From: Escherichia coli
Lineage (GTDB): Bacteria > Pseudomonadota > Gammaproteobacteria > Enterobacterales > Enterobacteriaceae
Reading direction: 5' to 3' (one strand)
DNA length: 64,000 nucleotides
Assembly: GCF_024700885.2 (NCBI RefSeq)
Contig: NZ_CP117016.1
Both the position numbers and the translations under genes were made by a program. The number at the start of each line of letters is the position of its first letter. Positions within the stretch are counted from its first letter, which is position 1. Below are positions 35,831 to 49,779 of the stretch, piece by piece. The notes beneath the pieces are model-generated. The model had not been told where the DNA came from. It did no database searches and saw only the letters and a program-made list of their open reading frames with translations.

Positions 35831-37343
35831 GACTACCATCACCGAGAAGGTGCTGCTGTTCGGACAGGCCATTCAGACCGCCGGTACAGTAAAAGGCCGT
35901 GGTTCCAACCAGCACGCTAAGTCGGACTGGATGGAGATGGAAAAGCAGCGTGGGATCTCCATTACTACTTCTGTGATGCAGTTTCCGTATCACGATTGCC
36001 TGGTTAACCTGCTCGACACCCCGGGGCACGAAGACTTCTCGGAAGATACCTATCGTACCCTGACGGCGGTGGACTGCTGCCTGATGGTTATCGACGCTGC
36101 AAAAGGTGTTGAAGATCGTACCCGTAAGCTGATGGAAGTTACCCGTCTGCGCGACACGCCGATCCTCACCTTTATGAACAAACTTGACCGTGATATCCGC
36201 GACCCGATGGAGCTGCTCGATGAAGTTGAGAACGAGCTGAAAATCGGCTGCGCACCGATCACCTGGCCGATTGGCTGCGGCAAGCTGTTTAAAGGCGTTT
36301 ACCACCTTTATAAAGATGAAACCTATCTCTATCAGAGCGGTAAAGGCCACACGATTCAGGAAGTCCGCATTGTCAAAGGGCTGAATAACCCGGATCTCGA
36401 CGCTGCGGTTGGTGAAGATCTGGCACAGCAGCTACGTGACGAACTGGAACTGGTGAAAGGCGCGTCTAACGAGTTCGACAAAGAGCTGTTCCTTGCGGGC
36501 GAAATCACTCCGGTATTCTTCGGTACTGCGCTGGGTAACTTCGGCGTTGATCATATGCTGGATGGCCTGGTGGAGTGGGCCCCTGCGCCGATGCCGCGTC
36601 AGACTGATACCCGTACCGTAGAGGCGAGCGAAGACAAATTTACCGGCTTCGTATTTAAAATTCAGGCCAACATGGACCCGAAACACCGCGACCGCGTGGC
36701 GTTTATGCGCGTGGTATCCGGTAAATATGAAAAAGGCATGAAGCTGCGCCAGGTGCGCACTGCGAAAGATGTGGTGATCTCCGACGCGCTGACCTTTATG
36801 GCGGGTGACCGTTCGCACGTTGAAGAAGCGTATCCTGGCGATATCCTTGGTCTGCACAACCACGGCACCATTCAGATCGGCGACACCTTTACCCAGGGTG
36901 AGATGATGAAGTTCACCGGTATTCCGAACTTCGCACCAGAACTGTTCCGTCGTATCCGCCTGAAAGATCCGCTGAAGCAAAAACAGCTACTCAAAGGGCT
37001 GGTACAGCTTTCCGAAGAGGGCGCGGTGCAGGTGTTCCGTCCGATCTCCAACAACGATCTGATCGTTGGTGCAGTTGGTGTGCTGCAGTTTGATGTGGTG
37101 GTAGCGCGTCTGAAGAGCGAATACAACGTTGAAGCAGTGTATGAGTCAGTCAACGTTGCCACTGCCCGCTGGGTAGAATGTGCGGACGCGAAGAAATTCG
37201 AAGAGTTCAAGCGTAAGAACGAAAGCCAACTGGCGCTTGATGGCGGCGATAACCTCGCTTACATCGCTACCAGCATGGTCAACCTGCGCCTGGCGCAGGA
37301 ACGTTATCCGGACGTTCAGTTCCACCAGACCCGCGAGCATTAA
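35757..37343 (+). CDS. prfC: Peptide chain release factor 3 (RF3), 5' end phage-supplied
   Basis: 528 aa; GTPase G1 motif [17 protein letters not shown]; full-length RF3. Confidence 0.9.
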
Positions 37344-37354
37344 TTCTTGCCTCC

Positions 37355-37379
37355 AGGGCGCGGTAGCCGCTGCGCCCTG
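37355..37379 (+). terminator. Candidate prfC terminator hairpin
   Basis: CAGGGCGCggtagccgctGCGCCCTG immediately after stop. Confidence 0.4.
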
Positions 37380-37735
37380 TCAATTTCCCTTCCTTATTAG
37401 CCGCTTACGGAATGTTCTTAAAACATTCACTTTTGCTTATGTTTTCGCTGATCTCCCGAGCGGTTTCAAAATTGTGATCTATATTTAACAAAGTAATGAC
37501 ATTTCTGGCGGCGTTAAATACCGTTCAATGCGTAGATATCAGTATCTAAAGCCGTCGATTGTCATTCTACCGATATTAATAACTGATTCAGAGGCTGTAA
37601 TGGTCGTTATTCATCACCCATCGCTTTTGTGATGGCGACCATTGACTTCTGTAGAGGGTGAAGTCTCTCCCTATTCAGCAATGCAACCTCGTGTTGCCAG
37701 GCTCAAATTACGAGCAAACATACAGGAATAAATCG

Positions 37736-38341
37736 ATGACTATGACAAGACTGAAGATTTCGAAAACTCTGCTGGCTGTAATGTTGACCTCTGCCGTCGC
37801 GACCGGCTCTGCCTACGCGGAAAACAACGCACAGACTACCAATGAAAGCGCAGGGCAAAAAGTCGATAGCTCTATGAATAAAGTCGGTAATTTCATGGAT
37901 GACAGCGCCATCACCGCGAAAGTGAAGGCGGCGCTGGTGGATCATGACAACATCAAGAGCACCGATATCTCTGTCAAAACCGATCAAAAAGTCGTGACCC
38001 TGAGCGGTTTCGTTGAAAGCCAGGCTCAGGCCGAAGAGGCAGTGAAAGTGGCGAAAGGCGTTGAAGGGGTGACCTCTGTCAGCGACAAACTGCACGTTCG
38101 CGACGCTAAAGAAGGCTCGGTGAAGGGCTACGCGGGTGACACCGCCACCACCAGTGAAATCAAAGCCAAACTGCTGGCGGACGATATCGTCCCTTCCCGT
38201 CATGTGAAAGTTGAAACCACCGACGGCGTGGTTCAGCTCTCCGGTACCGTCGATTCCCAGGCACAGAGCGACCGTGCTGAAAGTATCGCCAAAGCGGTAG
38301 ATGGTGTGAAAAGCGTTAAAAATGATCTCAAAACTAAGTAA
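37736..38341 (+). CDS. osmY: Osmotically inducible periplasmic protein OsmY (two BON domains)
   Basis: [28 protein letters not shown] signal peptide, two BON repeats. Confidence 0.9.
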
Positions 38342-38467
38342 TTCGTCGTAATTCGTCCTCCCGAACTTTGTCGGGAGGCGCGATGTGCACCACACTAAAA
38401 ATATCGCATTGAGTGATTTTCACGCTCATATCAAGCGGTGACATTAACTATGGTAAAGGAGACGCTT

Positions 38468-38629
38468 ATGTTTCGTTGGGGCATCATATTTCTGGTTATC
38501 GCGTTAATCGCCGCCGCACTTGGGTTTGGTGGTCTGGCCGGTACCGCTGCAGGCGCAGCTAAAATTGTCTTTGTCGTCGGGATTATTCTGTTCCTGGTGA
38601 GTTTGTTCATGGGCCGAAAACGACCCTAG
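38468..38629 (+). CDS. ytjA: Small membrane protein YtjA (DUF1328)
   Basis: 53 aa [53 protein letters not shown]. Confidence 0.8.
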
Positions 38630-38660
38630 ATTTCAGACCATTAAGAAAATTTTATCCAAA

Positions 38661-38690
38661 GCCAGTCCAGCGGACTGGCTTTTGCGGTTT
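38661..38690 (+). terminator. Rho-independent terminator after ytjA
   Basis: GCCAGTCCagcGGACTGGC followed by TTTTGCGGTTTT. Confidence 0.6.
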
Positions 38691-38750
38691 TAGCGAATAA
38701 TAAATTGCGTTACTTTGTCATTCTTTCACAACAAAAACAGGAAGGCAGAG

Positions 38751-39824
38751 GTGGGGCAGCGAATACCTGTAACGCTTGGTAATATTGCGCCGTTGTCGCT
38801 AAGGCCGTTCCAGCCTGGACGAATAGCTCTGGTGTGCGAAGGCGGCGGACAGCGTGGAATTTTCACGGCTGGCGTGCTGGATGAGTTTATGCGCGCGCAG
38901 TTTAATCCTTTCGATCTTTATCTCGGCACATCTGCCGGGGCGCAGAACCTCTCGGCGTATATCTGCAATCAGCCCGGTTACGCGCGCAAAGTCATCATGC
39001 GCTATACCACAAAACGCGAATTTTTCGATCCATTGCGCTTTGTCCGTGGAGGAAATCTTATCGATCTCGACTGGCTGGTGGAGGCCACTGCAAGCCAGAT
39101 GCCGTTGCAAATGGATACCGCCGCGCGGTTGTTTGACAGCGGCAAATCGTTTTATATGTGCGCCTGTCGTCAGGATGACTATGCGCCGAATTACTTTTTA
39201 CCAACCAAACAAAACTGGCTGGATGTGATTCGCGCCTCCAGTGCGATACCTGGCTTTTATCGTAGCGGAGTGTCGCTGGAAGGCATTAACTACCTGGATG
39301 GCGGGATCAGTGATGCGATTCCGGTTAAAGAGGCGGCAAGGCAGGGAGCAAAAACCTTGGTCGTCATCCGCACCGTGCCGTCGCAAATGTACTACACGCC
39401 GCAGTGGTTCAAACGCATGGAACGCTGGCTGGGTGACAGTAGCCTGCAGCCGCTGGTCAATCTGGTGCAGCATCATGAAACCAGCTATCGTGACATTCAG
39501 CAATTTATTGAGAAACCACCGGGCAAACTGCGGATATTCGAAATTTATCCGCCGAAGCCATTGCATAGTATCGCGCTTGGCAGTCGGATTCCGGCGCTGC
39601 GTGAAGACTATAAACTTGGGCGTTTATGCGGTCGTTATTTCCTAGCAACGGTTGGCAAGCTATTAACTGAAAAAGCGCCGCTAACCCGCCATCTGGTGCC
39701 AGTGGTGACGCCGGAATCGATTGTCATTCCGCCTGCGCCAGTCGCCAACGATACGCTGGTTGCCGAAGTGAGCGATGCTCCGCAGGCGAACGACCCGACA
39801 TTTAACAATGAGGATCTGGCTTGA
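38751..39824 (+). CDS. yjjU: Patatin-like phospholipase YjjU
   Basis: GGGQRG and GTSAG patatin motifs; GTG start with RBS AGGAAGG. Confidence 0.8.
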   Translation: MGQRIPVTLGNIAPLSLRPFQPGRIALVCEGGGQRGIFTAGVLDEFMRAQFNPFDLYLGTSAGAQNLSAYICNQPGYARKVIMRYTTKREFFDPLRFVRGGNLIDLDWLVEATASQMPLQMDTAARLFDSGKSFYMCACRQDDYAPNYFLPTKQNWLDVIRASSAIPGFYRSGVSLEGINYLDGGISDAIPVKEAARQGAKTLVVIRTVPSQMYYTPQWFKRMERWLGDSSLQPLVNLVQHHETSYRDIQQFIEKPPGKLRIFEIYPPKPLHSIALGSRIPALREDYKLGRLCGRYFLATVGKLLTEKAPLTRHLVPVVTPESIVIPPAPVANDTLVAEVSDAPQANDPTFNNEDLA

Positions 39825-40600
39825 TTTGCCGTTTTATCGACACCCACTGCCATTTTGATTTCCCGCCGTTTAGTGGCGATGAAGAGGCCAGCCTGCAACG
39901 CGCGGCACAAGCGGGCGTAGGCAAGATCATTGTTCCGGCGACAGAGGCGGCAAATTTTGCCCGTGTGTTGGCATTAGCGGAAAATTATCAACCGCTGTAT
40001 GCCTCGTTAGGGTTGCATCCGGGGATGTTAGAAAAACATAGCGATGCATCGCTGGAGCAGTTACAGCAGGCGCTGGAAAGGCATCCGGCGAAGGTGGTGG
40101 CGGTGGGGGAGATCGGCCTGGATCTCTTTGGCGACGATCCGCAATTTGAGAGGCAGCAGTGGTTACTCGACGAACAACTGAAACTGGCGAAACGCTACGA
40201 TCTGCCGGTGATCCTGCATTCACGGCGCACGCACGACAAACTGGCGATGCATCTTAAACGCCACGATTTGCCGCGTACTGGCGTGGTTCACGGTTTTTCC
40301 GGCAGCCTGCAACAGGCTGAACGGTTTGTACAGCTGGGCTACAAAATTGGCGTAGGCGGCACTATCACCTATCCACGCGCCAGTAAAACCCGCGATGTCA
40401 TCGCAAAATTACCGCTGGCATCGTTGTTGCTGGAAACCGATGCGCCGGATATGCCGCTCAACGGCTTTCAGGGGAAGCCTAACCGCCCGGAACAGGCTGC
40501 GCGGGTGTTTGCCGTACTTTGCGAGTTACGCCCGGAACCAGAAGATGAGATTGCCGAAGTGTTGCTTAATAATACGTATGCGTTGTTTAACGTGCCGTAG
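39821..40600 (+). CDS. yjjV: TatD-family metal-dependent hydrolase YjjV
   Basis: MICRFIDTHCHFDF TatD N-terminus; TTG start overlapping yjjU stop. Confidence 0.8.
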   Translation: MICRFIDTHCHFDFPPFSGDEEASLQRAAQAGVGKIIVPATEAANFARVLALAENYQPLYASLGLHPGMLEKHSDASLEQLQQALERHPAKVVAVGEIGLDLFGDDPQFERQQWLLDEQLKLAKRYDLPVILHSRRTHDKLAMHLKRHDLPRTGVVHGFSGSLQQAERFVQLGYKIGVGGTITYPRASKTRDVIAKLPLASLLLETDAPDMPLNGFQGKPNRPEQAARVFAVLCELRPEPEDEIAEVLLNNTYALFNVP

Positions 40601-40633
40601 GCAGGACAAGGCGTTTACGCCACATCCGGCATG

Positions 40634-41497
40634 TCACAAATACAGCGCCGGAAATATCAACCGGCTCACCCCGCGCTCCCGTAACGCATCAGCCAACTGC
40701 TCAACATCTTCCGGTGTGGCGCTCGGCCAGCTTTGCGCTTCGCCATACACGCCGTGGGCATGAAACGCGTTCAGGCGTACCGGAACATCGCCAAGTCCCT
40801 TGATAAACGCCGCCAGTTCTTCGATGTGTTGCAAATAATCCACCTGGCCAGGGATTACCAGCAAACGCAGTTCCGCCAGCTTGCCGCGCTCTGCCAGCAA
40901 ATAGATGCTGCGCTTAATCTGCTGATTATCGCGTCCGGTTAACTGTTGATGACATTCGCTACCCCACGCTTTGAGATCGAGCATCGCGCCGTCGCACACC
41001 GGGAGCAATTTTTCCCAGCCGGTTTCGCTCAACATACCGTTACTGTCCACCAGACAGGTGAGATGGCACAGTTGCGGATCATTTTTGATAGCAGTAAACA
41101 GCGCCACCACAAACGGTAGCTGGGTCGTGGCTTCGCCGCCGCTTACCGTTATCCCTTCGATAAACAGCACTGCTTTGCGGATATGGCTAAGCACCTCATC
41201 CACGCTCATGGACTGCGCCATTGGCGTGGCATGTTGCGGACACATCTTCAGGCAGGTATCACATTGCTCGCAGACCACAGCGTTCCACACCACTTTGCCG
41301 TCAACAATCTGCAACGCCTGATGCGGACACTGTGGCACGCACTCTCCACAGTCATTGCAGCGTCCCATCGTCCACGGATTGTGACAATTTTTGCAACGCA
41401 GATTGCAGCCCTGCAAAAACAGAGCCAGACGACTGCCTGGCCCGTCAACGCAGGAGAAGGGGATAATCTTACTGACTAAAGCGCATCTGCTGTTCAT
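40634..41497 (-). CDS. yjjW: Glycyl-radical enzyme activating protein YjjW (radical SAM)
   Basis: CxxxCxxC radical-SAM cluster ([11 protein letters not shown]) plus ferredoxin-like Cys motifs. Confidence 0.8.
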   Translation of the reverse strand: MNSRCALVSKIIPFSCVDGPGSRLALFLQGCNLRCKNCHNPWTMGRCNDCGECVPQCPHQALQIVDGKVVWNAVVCEQCDTCLKMCPQHATPMAQSMSVDEVLSHIRKAVLFIEGITVSGGEATTQLPFVVALFTAIKNDPQLCHLTCLVDSNGMLSETGWEKLLPVCDGAMLDLKAWGSECHQQLTGRDNQQIKRSIYLLAERGKLAELRLLVIPGQVDYLQHIEELAAFIKGLGDVPVRLNAFHAHGVYGEAQSWPSATPEDVEQLADALRERGVSRLIFPALYL

Positions 41498-43019
41498 GGC
41501 TTATCACGCGCGGCTGGCGTTCCAGAATACGAGTGTTACGTGCGGCTTCTTCTCCCAGCCAGGTGGTGTTGGTACGTGAGCCTTCGGCACGATATTTTTC
41601 CAGATCCGACAAACGCACCATATAACCAGTAACGCGAACCAGGTCGTTACCGCTGATATTGGCGGTAAATTCACGCATTCCGGCTTTAAAGGCACCGAGG
41701 CAAAGCTGTACCAGCGCCTGCGGATTACGTTTGATGGTTTCGTCGAGCGTCAGAATGTCGCTGATGCCGGAATAATAATAAGCATGATGCGGGGCGACGG
41801 TTTGCAGATGGGTGATCGGATCTGGCTCATCACCATACGGCAAACGTGCGCCCGGCGTGGTGCCGACATCGGAACTTATCCCCGACTGTGCGTGTAACAT
41901 GGCGCGTTTTTGCCAGCCATATTTCACGGGGGTATTGGCGACAAACTCCGCCAGTTGCGCGCTGATGCGATAACCCACTTCATTTGCGGCGGCCTCTTTA
42001 CCGTAGCGCGCGGCAATCCCTTCGTTTTCACACAGCAAGTTAACCGCTTCCGCCAGCCCATACATGCCAAACATTGGCACAAAACGTTCAGGGTTAATCA
42101 GCCCTTCTTTCACCAGGAAGCTATTCTCAAAGAAGTGTGATTGTTGATAGAGGAATTCACACCGCGCATCGATGATGGCGATCTGCTGCTGGCAGTAGTG
42201 CGGTAGAGTGCGCGTAAAGAAGTCATCCAGCGATTCGCTGCGCTCGGCAATGGCTTTCAGGTTAAGGCGTACCAGCGTGCTGCCACCACCCGCCAGCGGC
42301 AGTGAGTTGTAACAGCTCACAATCCCGTAGCCCCCTTTTGTGAAAATTTTATCATGCACCGGAGCGTTGGCGATGTGCGGTTTGCTACATTCACAGATGT
42401 TCTTCGCCACTTCCAGCAGTAGGTCATCAGGGGTGATTTCAGGATCGTAGATAAAGGTCAGGTTCGGTGAAACCTGCTTCAACTCTGCGTCTGCACGTAA
42501 GATCGCGCGGGTAATGGGCGAATCAGACGGGCCGATATTGGCGTGCATAAAGGCGTCTGGCAGGGTTCTGTCGAGGTAACGCCAGAAACGTTTTATTCGA
42601 ATATCGATCTCGTCTTGTGTTAGAATTCTAACATACGGTTGCAACAACGCATCCAGTTGCCCCAGGTAGACCGGCATCGATGTGACCGACGGTACGTGGT
42701 GGTAAAGAATGGTCAGCAGAGAGAGTGCATCATCAAGATCTTTCGCGCCTTCCAGCTCCAGCCATTCGGAACCGTTCGCCAGAAAACGGGCGTAATCGGG
42801 TAAGACATAGCGCGGTTTGTACGGCGCATGACCTTCAAACATATCGCAGATTACACCCTCATCCAGCGCGCGGCGGGCTTCGGCAGGAAGCTGCGGATAA
42901 GGCAGATTGTTTTCTGCTTCCAGTGCCAGAAAATGGCGCTTCTGCTCCGGGCTAAGCACTGGGCTGGTGACAATTTGCAGGCAACGTTGTTGCAGTGCAT
43001 TTTCATGAGAAGTGGGCAT
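41469..43019 (-). CDS. yjjI: YjjI glycine-radical-enzyme-like protein
   Basis: 516 aa, co-oriented and overlapping with yjjW activase. Confidence 0.8.
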   Translation of the reverse strand: MPTSHENALQQRCLQIVTSPVLSPEQKRHFLALEAENNLPYPQLPAEARRALDEGVICDMFEGHAPYKPRYVLPDYARFLANGSEWLELEGAKDLDDALSLLTILYHHVPSVTSMPVYLGQLDALLQPYVRILTQDEIDIRIKRFWRYLDRTLPDAFMHANIGPSDSPITRAILRADAELKQVSPNLTFIYDPEITPDDLLLEVAKNICECSKPHIANAPVHDKIFTKGGYGIVSCYNSLPLAGGGSTLVRLNLKAIAERSESLDDFFTRTLPHYCQQQIAIIDARCEFLYQQSHFFENSFLVKEGLINPERFVPMFGMYGLAEAVNLLCENEGIAARYGKEAAANEVGYRISAQLAEFVANTPVKYGWQKRAMLHAQSGISSDVGTTPGARLPYGDEPDPITHLQTVAPHHAYYYSGISDILTLDETIKRNPQALVQLCLGAFKAGMREFTANISGNDLVRVTGYMVRLSDLEKYRAEGSRTNTTWLGEEAARNTRILERQPRVISHEQQMRFSQ

Positions 43020-43276
43020 CTTCTTTTCCTTTTATGCCGAAGGTGATGCGCCATTGTAAGAAGTTTCGTGATGTTCACTTTGATCCTGATGCGTTTGCCA
43101 CCACTGACGCATTCATTTGAAAGTGAATTATTTGAACCAGATCTCATTACAGTGATGCAAACTTGTAAGTAGATTTCCTTAATTGTGATGTATATCGAAG
43201 TGTGTTGCGGAGTAGATGTTAGAATACTAACAAACTCGCAAGGTGAATTTTATTGGCGACAAGCCAGGAGAATGAA

Positions 43277-44056
43277 ATGACTGATCTGAAAGCAAGCAGC
43301 CTGCGTGCACTGAAATTGATGGACCTGACCACCCTGAATGACGACGACACCGACGAGAAAGTGATCGCCCTGTGTCATCAGGCCAAAACTCCGGTCGGCA
43401 ATACCGCCGCTATCTGTATCTATCCTCGCTTTATCCCGATTGCTCGCAAAACGATGAAAGAGCAGGGTACCCCGGAAATCCGTATTGCTACGGTAACCAA
43501 CTTCCCACACGGTAACGACGACATCGAAATCGCGCTGGCAGAAACCCGTGCGGCAATCGCCTACGGTGCCGATGAAGTTGACGTGGTGTTCCCGTACCGC
43601 GCGCTGATGGCGGGTAACGAGCAGGTTGGTTTTGACCTGGTGAAAGCCTGTAAAGAGGCTTGCGCTGCGGCTAACGTACTGCTGAAAGTGATCATCGAAA
43701 CCGGCGAACTGAAAGACGAAGCGCTGATCCGTAAAGCGTCTGAAATCTCCATCAAAGCGGGTGCTGACTTCATCAAAACCTCTACCGGTAAAGTGGCAGT
43801 GAACGCGACGCCGGAAAGCGCGCGCATCATGATGGAAGTGATCCGCGACATGGGAGTAGAAAAAACCGTTGGTTTCAAACCGGCAGGCGGCGTGCGTACT
43901 GCGGAAGATGCGCAGAAATATCTCGCCATCGCCGATGAACTGTTCGGCGCTGACTGGGCCGATGCGCGTCACTACCGCTTTGGCGCTTCCAGCCTGCTGG
44001 CAAGCCTGCTGAAGGCTCTGGGCCACGGCGACGGTAAGAGCGCCAGCAGCTACTAA
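43277..44056 (+). CDS. deoC: Deoxyribose-phosphate aldolase
   Basis: 259 aa, [33 protein letters not shown]; first gene of deo operon. Confidence 0.95.
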
Positions 44057-44133
44057 GGCTTGATTTGCCGGATGACGCAGCGATGCTCATCCGGTTCCCC
44101 GATTACCTCGTCTCTTTTCCACGGGAGGTTACC

Positions 44134-45456
44134 TTGTTTCTCGCACAAGAAATTATTCGTAAAAAACGTGATGGTCATGCGCTGAGCGATGAAGAAATTC
44201 GTTTCTTTATCAACGGCATTCGCGACAACACTATCTCCGAAGGGCAGATTGCCGCCCTCGCGATGACCATTTTCTTCCACGATATGACAATGCCTGAGCG
44301 TGTCTCGCTGACCATGGCGATGCGAGATTCAGGAACCGTTCTCGACTGGAAAAGCCTGCATCTGAATGGCCCGATTGTTGATAAACACTCCACCGGTGGC
44401 GTCGGCGATGTGACTTCGCTGATGTTGGGGCCGATGGTCGCAGCCTGCGGCGGCTATATTCCGATGATCTCCGGTCGCGGCCTCGGTCATACTGGCGGTA
44501 CGCTCGACAAACTGGAATCCATCCCTGGCTTCGACATTTTCCCGGATGACAACCGTTTCCGCGAAATTATTAAAGACGTCGGCGTGGCGATTATCGGTCA
44601 GACCAGTTCACTGGCTCCGGCTGATAAACGTTTCTACGCGACCCGTGATATTACCGCAACCGTGGACTCCATCCCGCTGATCACTGCCTCGATCCTGGCG
44701 AAGAAACTGGCGGAAGGTCTGGATGCGCTGGTGATGGACGTGAAAGTGGGTAGCGGTGCATTTATGCCGACCTACGAACTCTCTGAAGCCCTTGCCGAAG
44801 CGATTGTTGGCGTGGCTAACGGCGCTGGCGTGCGTACCACCGCGCTGCTCACCGATATGAATCAGGTACTGGCCTCCAGTGCAGGTAACGCGGTTGAAGT
44901 TCGTGAAGCGGTGCAGTTCCTGACGGGTGAGTATCGTAACCCGCGTCTGTTTGATGTCACGATGGCGCTGTGCGTAGAGATGCTTATCTCCGGCAAACTG
45001 GCGAAAGATGACGCCGAAGCGCGCGCGAAATTGCAGGCGGTGCTGGACAACGGTAAAGCGGCAGAAGTCTTTGGTCGTATGGTAGCGGCACAAAAAGGCC
45101 CAACCGACTTCGTTGAGAACTACGCGAAGTATCTGCCGACAGCGATGCTGACGAAAGCAGTCTATGCTGATACCGAAGGTTTTGTCAGTGAAATGGATAC
45201 CCGTGCGCTGGGGATGGCAGTGGTTGCAATGGGCGGCGGACGCCGTCAGGCATCTGACACCATCGATTACAGCGTCGGCTTTACTGATATGGCGCGTTTG
45301 GGCGACCAGGTAGACGGTCAGCGTCCACTGGCGGTTATCCACGCGAAAGACGAAAACAGCTGGCAGGAAGCGGCGAAAGCGGTGAAAGCGGCAATTAAAC
45401 TTGCCGATAAAGCACCGGAAAGCACACCAACTGTCTATCGCCGTATCAGCGAATAA
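44134..45456 (+). CDS. deoA: Thymidine phosphorylase
   Basis: 440 aa from TTG start ([14 protein letters not shown]) with RBS GGGAGG. Confidence 0.9.
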
Positions 45457-45486
45457 CGGTATACTGATCTGATCATTTAAATTTGA

Positions 45487-46731
<1,245 letters not shown>

Positions 46732-46810
46732 TAATGGGTGCGGCTTGATGCCCTCACCCCGGCCCTCTCCCACAGGGAGAGGGTGAAAACATGTTGATAA
46801 GGATAAAACA

Positions 46811-47530
46811 ATGGCTACCCCACACATTAATGCAGAAATGGGCGATTTCGCTGACGTAGTTTTGATGCCAGGCGACCCGCTGCGTGCGAAGTATATTGCT
46901 GAAACTTTCCTTGAAGATGCCCGTGAAGTGAACAACGTTCGCGGTATGCTGGGCTTCACCGGTACATACAAAGGCCGCAAAATTTCCGTAATGGGTCACG
47001 GTATGGGTATCCCGTCCTGCTCCATCTACACCAAAGAACTGATCACCGATTTCGGCGTGAAGAAAATTATCCGCGTGGGTTCCTGTGGCGCTGTTCTGCC
47101 ACACGTAAAACTGCGCGACGTCGTTATCGGTATGGGTGCCTGCACCGATTCCAAAGTTAACCGCATCCGTTTTAAAGACCATGACTTTGCCGCTATCGCT
47201 GACTTCGACATGGTGCGTAACGCGGTAGACGCGGCTAAAGCACTGGGCATTGATGCTCGCGTTGGTAACCTGTTCTCCGCTGACCTGTTCTACTCTCCGG
47301 ACGGCGAAATGTTCGACGTGATGGAAAAATACGGCATCCTCGGCGTGGAAATGGAAGCGGCTGGTATCTACGGCGTCGCTGCAGAATTTGGCGCGAAAGC
47401 CCTGACCATCTGTACCGTGTCTGACCACATCCGCACTCACGAGCAGACCACTGCCGCTGAGCGTCAGACCACCTTCAACGACATGATCAAAATCGCACTG
47501 GAATCCGTTCTGCTGGGCGATAAAGAGTAA
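46811..47530 (+). CDS. deoD: Purine nucleoside phosphorylase
   Basis: 239 aa, [31 protein letters not shown]. Confidence 0.95.
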
Positions 47531-47560
47531 TTGTGTTTTGCTGAAAGGCGATTGCCTTGT

Positions 47561-47594
47561 GAAGCCGGAGCGGGAGACTGCTCCGGCTTTTTAG
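47561..47594 (+). terminator. Rho-independent terminator after deoD
   Basis: GCCGGAGCgggagactGCTCCGGC followed by TTTTT. Confidence 0.7.
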
Positions 47595-47690
47595 TATCTA
47601 TTCATCAATAGCAACTGATTTATAGATTTACTATTATTTTTCATATGGATAGAAAATAAAATCCATTCAAGTATCTATTCACGAATCTAT

Positions 47691-47954
47691 TCATTTATGT
47701 TCAGCCGTCATCCAGGAAGGGCATATCAGCAACTCTGGTGGACAACCATAAATTCCTGCCATTTTGCTTTTGATGTTTGAACTAAGCCGTTCCGTCTTTT
47801 CGATCTGTTTTAGAGAATTAATGGAGATACCTAACATTTTACTTACTTCAGCAAGTGATAGTTTATGCCTGATACGCACGGCGGTTAGCCAGGATATACC
47901 CTGGCTGAACATTAAATTGATAATCTCCCGTTCCTGGTTTTCCAGATCGCTCAT
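47691..47954 (-). CDS. Hypothetical small HTH-like protein (occupies the position of yjjJ in K-12)
   Basis: 87-aa ORF with HTH-like LSLAEVSKMLGISINSLKQIE; AT-rich flanking repeats AGTATCTATTCA. Confidence 0.3.
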   Translation of the reverse strand: MSDLENQEREIINLMFSQGISWLTAVRIRHKLSLAEVSKMLGISINSLKQIEKTERLSSNIKSKMAGIYGCPPELLICPSWMTAEHK

Positions 47955-47985
47955 ATTTCCTTCCCTGGATATTTAAATCAGCGAG

Positions 47986-49002
47986 TTACCTTACCGCCCC
48001 CGCTATCCACGCAGACAACTCCCGTAGCTCTTTTTCCTGTTCCGGGAAGTCAACCAACAGCGCTTCGCACTCCTGTTGCAGCATATCCGCGCGGTACAGG
48101 CAGCCTTGCAGTCGCCCGGCGAGGGCTTCCAGCGGCGCGGGGTTGAGGCTGTCGGTAAACACCTGGGCGCGGGTGATATGGCCTTTTTCAACGTCGAAAT
48201 GCAGTTCCACACCGCCCCAGGTAAAGCGTTCATCCAGCAGATGCGAGAATGCCGGAGCCTGACCGAAGTTCCATTCCCAGCTACTCTGGCGGGCAAAGGT
48301 TTCGGCGAAGTTTGGCAAGTCTGGCGTTTTGTCCGGGGAGATGATTTCTGCTTCCACGCGCTCGCCATAATGGGCGAAAAAGGCCTCGGTTATGGCCTCG
48401 CAAACCTGCTCATGGGTGATCCCCGGCAGCAGCTCGGTGAGGTTGGTCACTCGGGAACGTACCGACGTAATGCCTTTCGCCGCCAGTTTCTTTTTATCCG
48501 GATTGAGATAGTTTGCCAGGCGGCTAAGGTCGGCATTGAGCAGCAAGGTGCCGTGGTGGAAGCCGCGATCTTTGGTTTCGCGATAGGCCGAGCCTGAGAC
48601 TTTGCGGTCGCCTTCGGCGGTTTTCACCACCAGATCGTTACGTCCGGACGCTTCGGCGCTGACGCCGAGCGCGTTCAGCGCATTAAGCACAATCGACGTG
48701 GAGATAGTTTTATCGTACTCCGGCTTGCCAGCCATAAAGGTAAAGCAGGTATTACCGAGATCGTGGAACACCGCGCCGCCACCGCTACTGCGCCGCGCCA
48801 GGCGGACGTTATCTTCTTCCATCCGCCGGGTATTACACTCTTTCCACGGGTTCTGTGCGCGACCAATCACTACCGTGTCGGCATTGCGCCAGAGAAACAG
48901 AACGCGCTGCGTGGCGGGCATCTGGCGAAAAATACACTCCTCCACCGCCAGGTTAAACCACGGATCGTAAGAGTCAGAGATGAGCAGGCGTAATGTGGAC
49001 AT
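47986..49002 (-). CDS. lplA: Lipoate-protein ligase A
   Basis: 338 aa, [25 protein letters not shown]. Confidence 0.9.
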   Translation of the reverse strand: MSTLRLLISDSYDPWFNLAVEECIFRQMPATQRVLFLWRNADTVVIGRAQNPWKECNTRRMEEDNVRLARRSSGGGAVFHDLGNTCFTFMAGKPEYDKTISTSIVLNALNALGVSAEASGRNDLVVKTAEGDRKVSGSAYRETKDRGFHHGTLLLNADLSRLANYLNPDKKKLAAKGITSVRSRVTNLTELLPGITHEQVCEAITEAFFAHYGERVEAEIISPDKTPDLPNFAETFARQSSWEWNFGQAPAFSHLLDERFTWGGVELHFDVEKGHITRAQVFTDSLNPAPLEALAGRLQGCLYRADMLQQECEALLVDFPEQEKELRELSAWIAGAVR

Positions 49003-49029
49003 AACGATTTCCTTTCTTGTAGTAATGGG

Positions 49030-49674
49030 TCACTCTTTTTTCTCGCTTTCTTCCTCTTCCGGCACCGGTTTGCTGGCGGTTAACAGGAAGGGCGATTGCT
49101 GCCAGCGGGTGCGTTTACCCTGTAGCAGCGTGCGGGTCAGCACAACGCCGATTGCCAGTGAGAGCAGCAACATCAGGCGTAAAATGTTAGTGGTGTTATC
49201 CACCTGTTGGGCTTCGGTGGCGAGCGTATGGGTGTCGAGCGTCAGGCGCAGATAGCCGAGCGGTCCGTTTTTCCCGGCAATAGGTTCGACAATCTGCTGG
49301 TTAAAATAGCCGCCCGCTTTTTTGCCGTCGAGCGCCAACCGGTCGCGCACTTCGACGCTTTCGCCAGAACGGGCGATAAGATCGCCTTGTTCGTCATACA
49401 CGCCCGCGTCGAGGATGCGGCTTTCATCCGTTAACTGATCGAGGATCGCCTGAATGCGTTTTTCATCCGGTGAGTCGGTACGCATCAGCGGTGCAACGTT
49501 CAGCGTCACCTGACGCGCCAGGGTGCGGGCCAGTTCTTCCAGCTGTGGATTACGCTGTCGCTGGTGGTTTTGACTAAACCATGACGCTCCCTGCATCAGC
49601 GCCACTAACAAGGCAAGACAGAACAGGACAATCACTGCCCGATGCAGCCGGAATTTCAGTTTTGTGCGAGCCAT
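49030..49674 (-). CDS. ytjB: Inner membrane protein YtjB (Smp)
   Basis: 214 aa with N-terminal TM, conserved position between lplA and serB. Confidence 0.8.
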   Translation of the reverse strand: MARTKLKFRLHRAVIVLFCLALLVALMQGASWFSQNHQRQRNPQLEELARTLARQVTLNVAPLMRTDSPDEKRIQAILDQLTDESRILDAGVYDEQGDLIARSGESVEVRDRLALDGKKAGGYFNQQIVEPIAGKNGPLGYLRLTLDTHTLATEAQQVDNTTNILRLMLLLSLAIGVVLTRTLLQGKRTRWQQSPFLLTASKPVPEEEESEKKE

Positions 49675-49779
49675 CTTCCACCCTTTGAAAATTTGAGACT
49701 TAATGTTGCCAGAAGCAATGGATACAAGGTAGCCTCATGCGTTATTTTCCCTGCTTCGAACGATTTTACAGGAGCCTTA

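Noticed and set aside
35652-37340. Minus-strand ORFs inside prfC (35652-36350, 36432-36980, 36872-37210)
   Set aside because: Antisense ORFs within a highly conserved essential gene.
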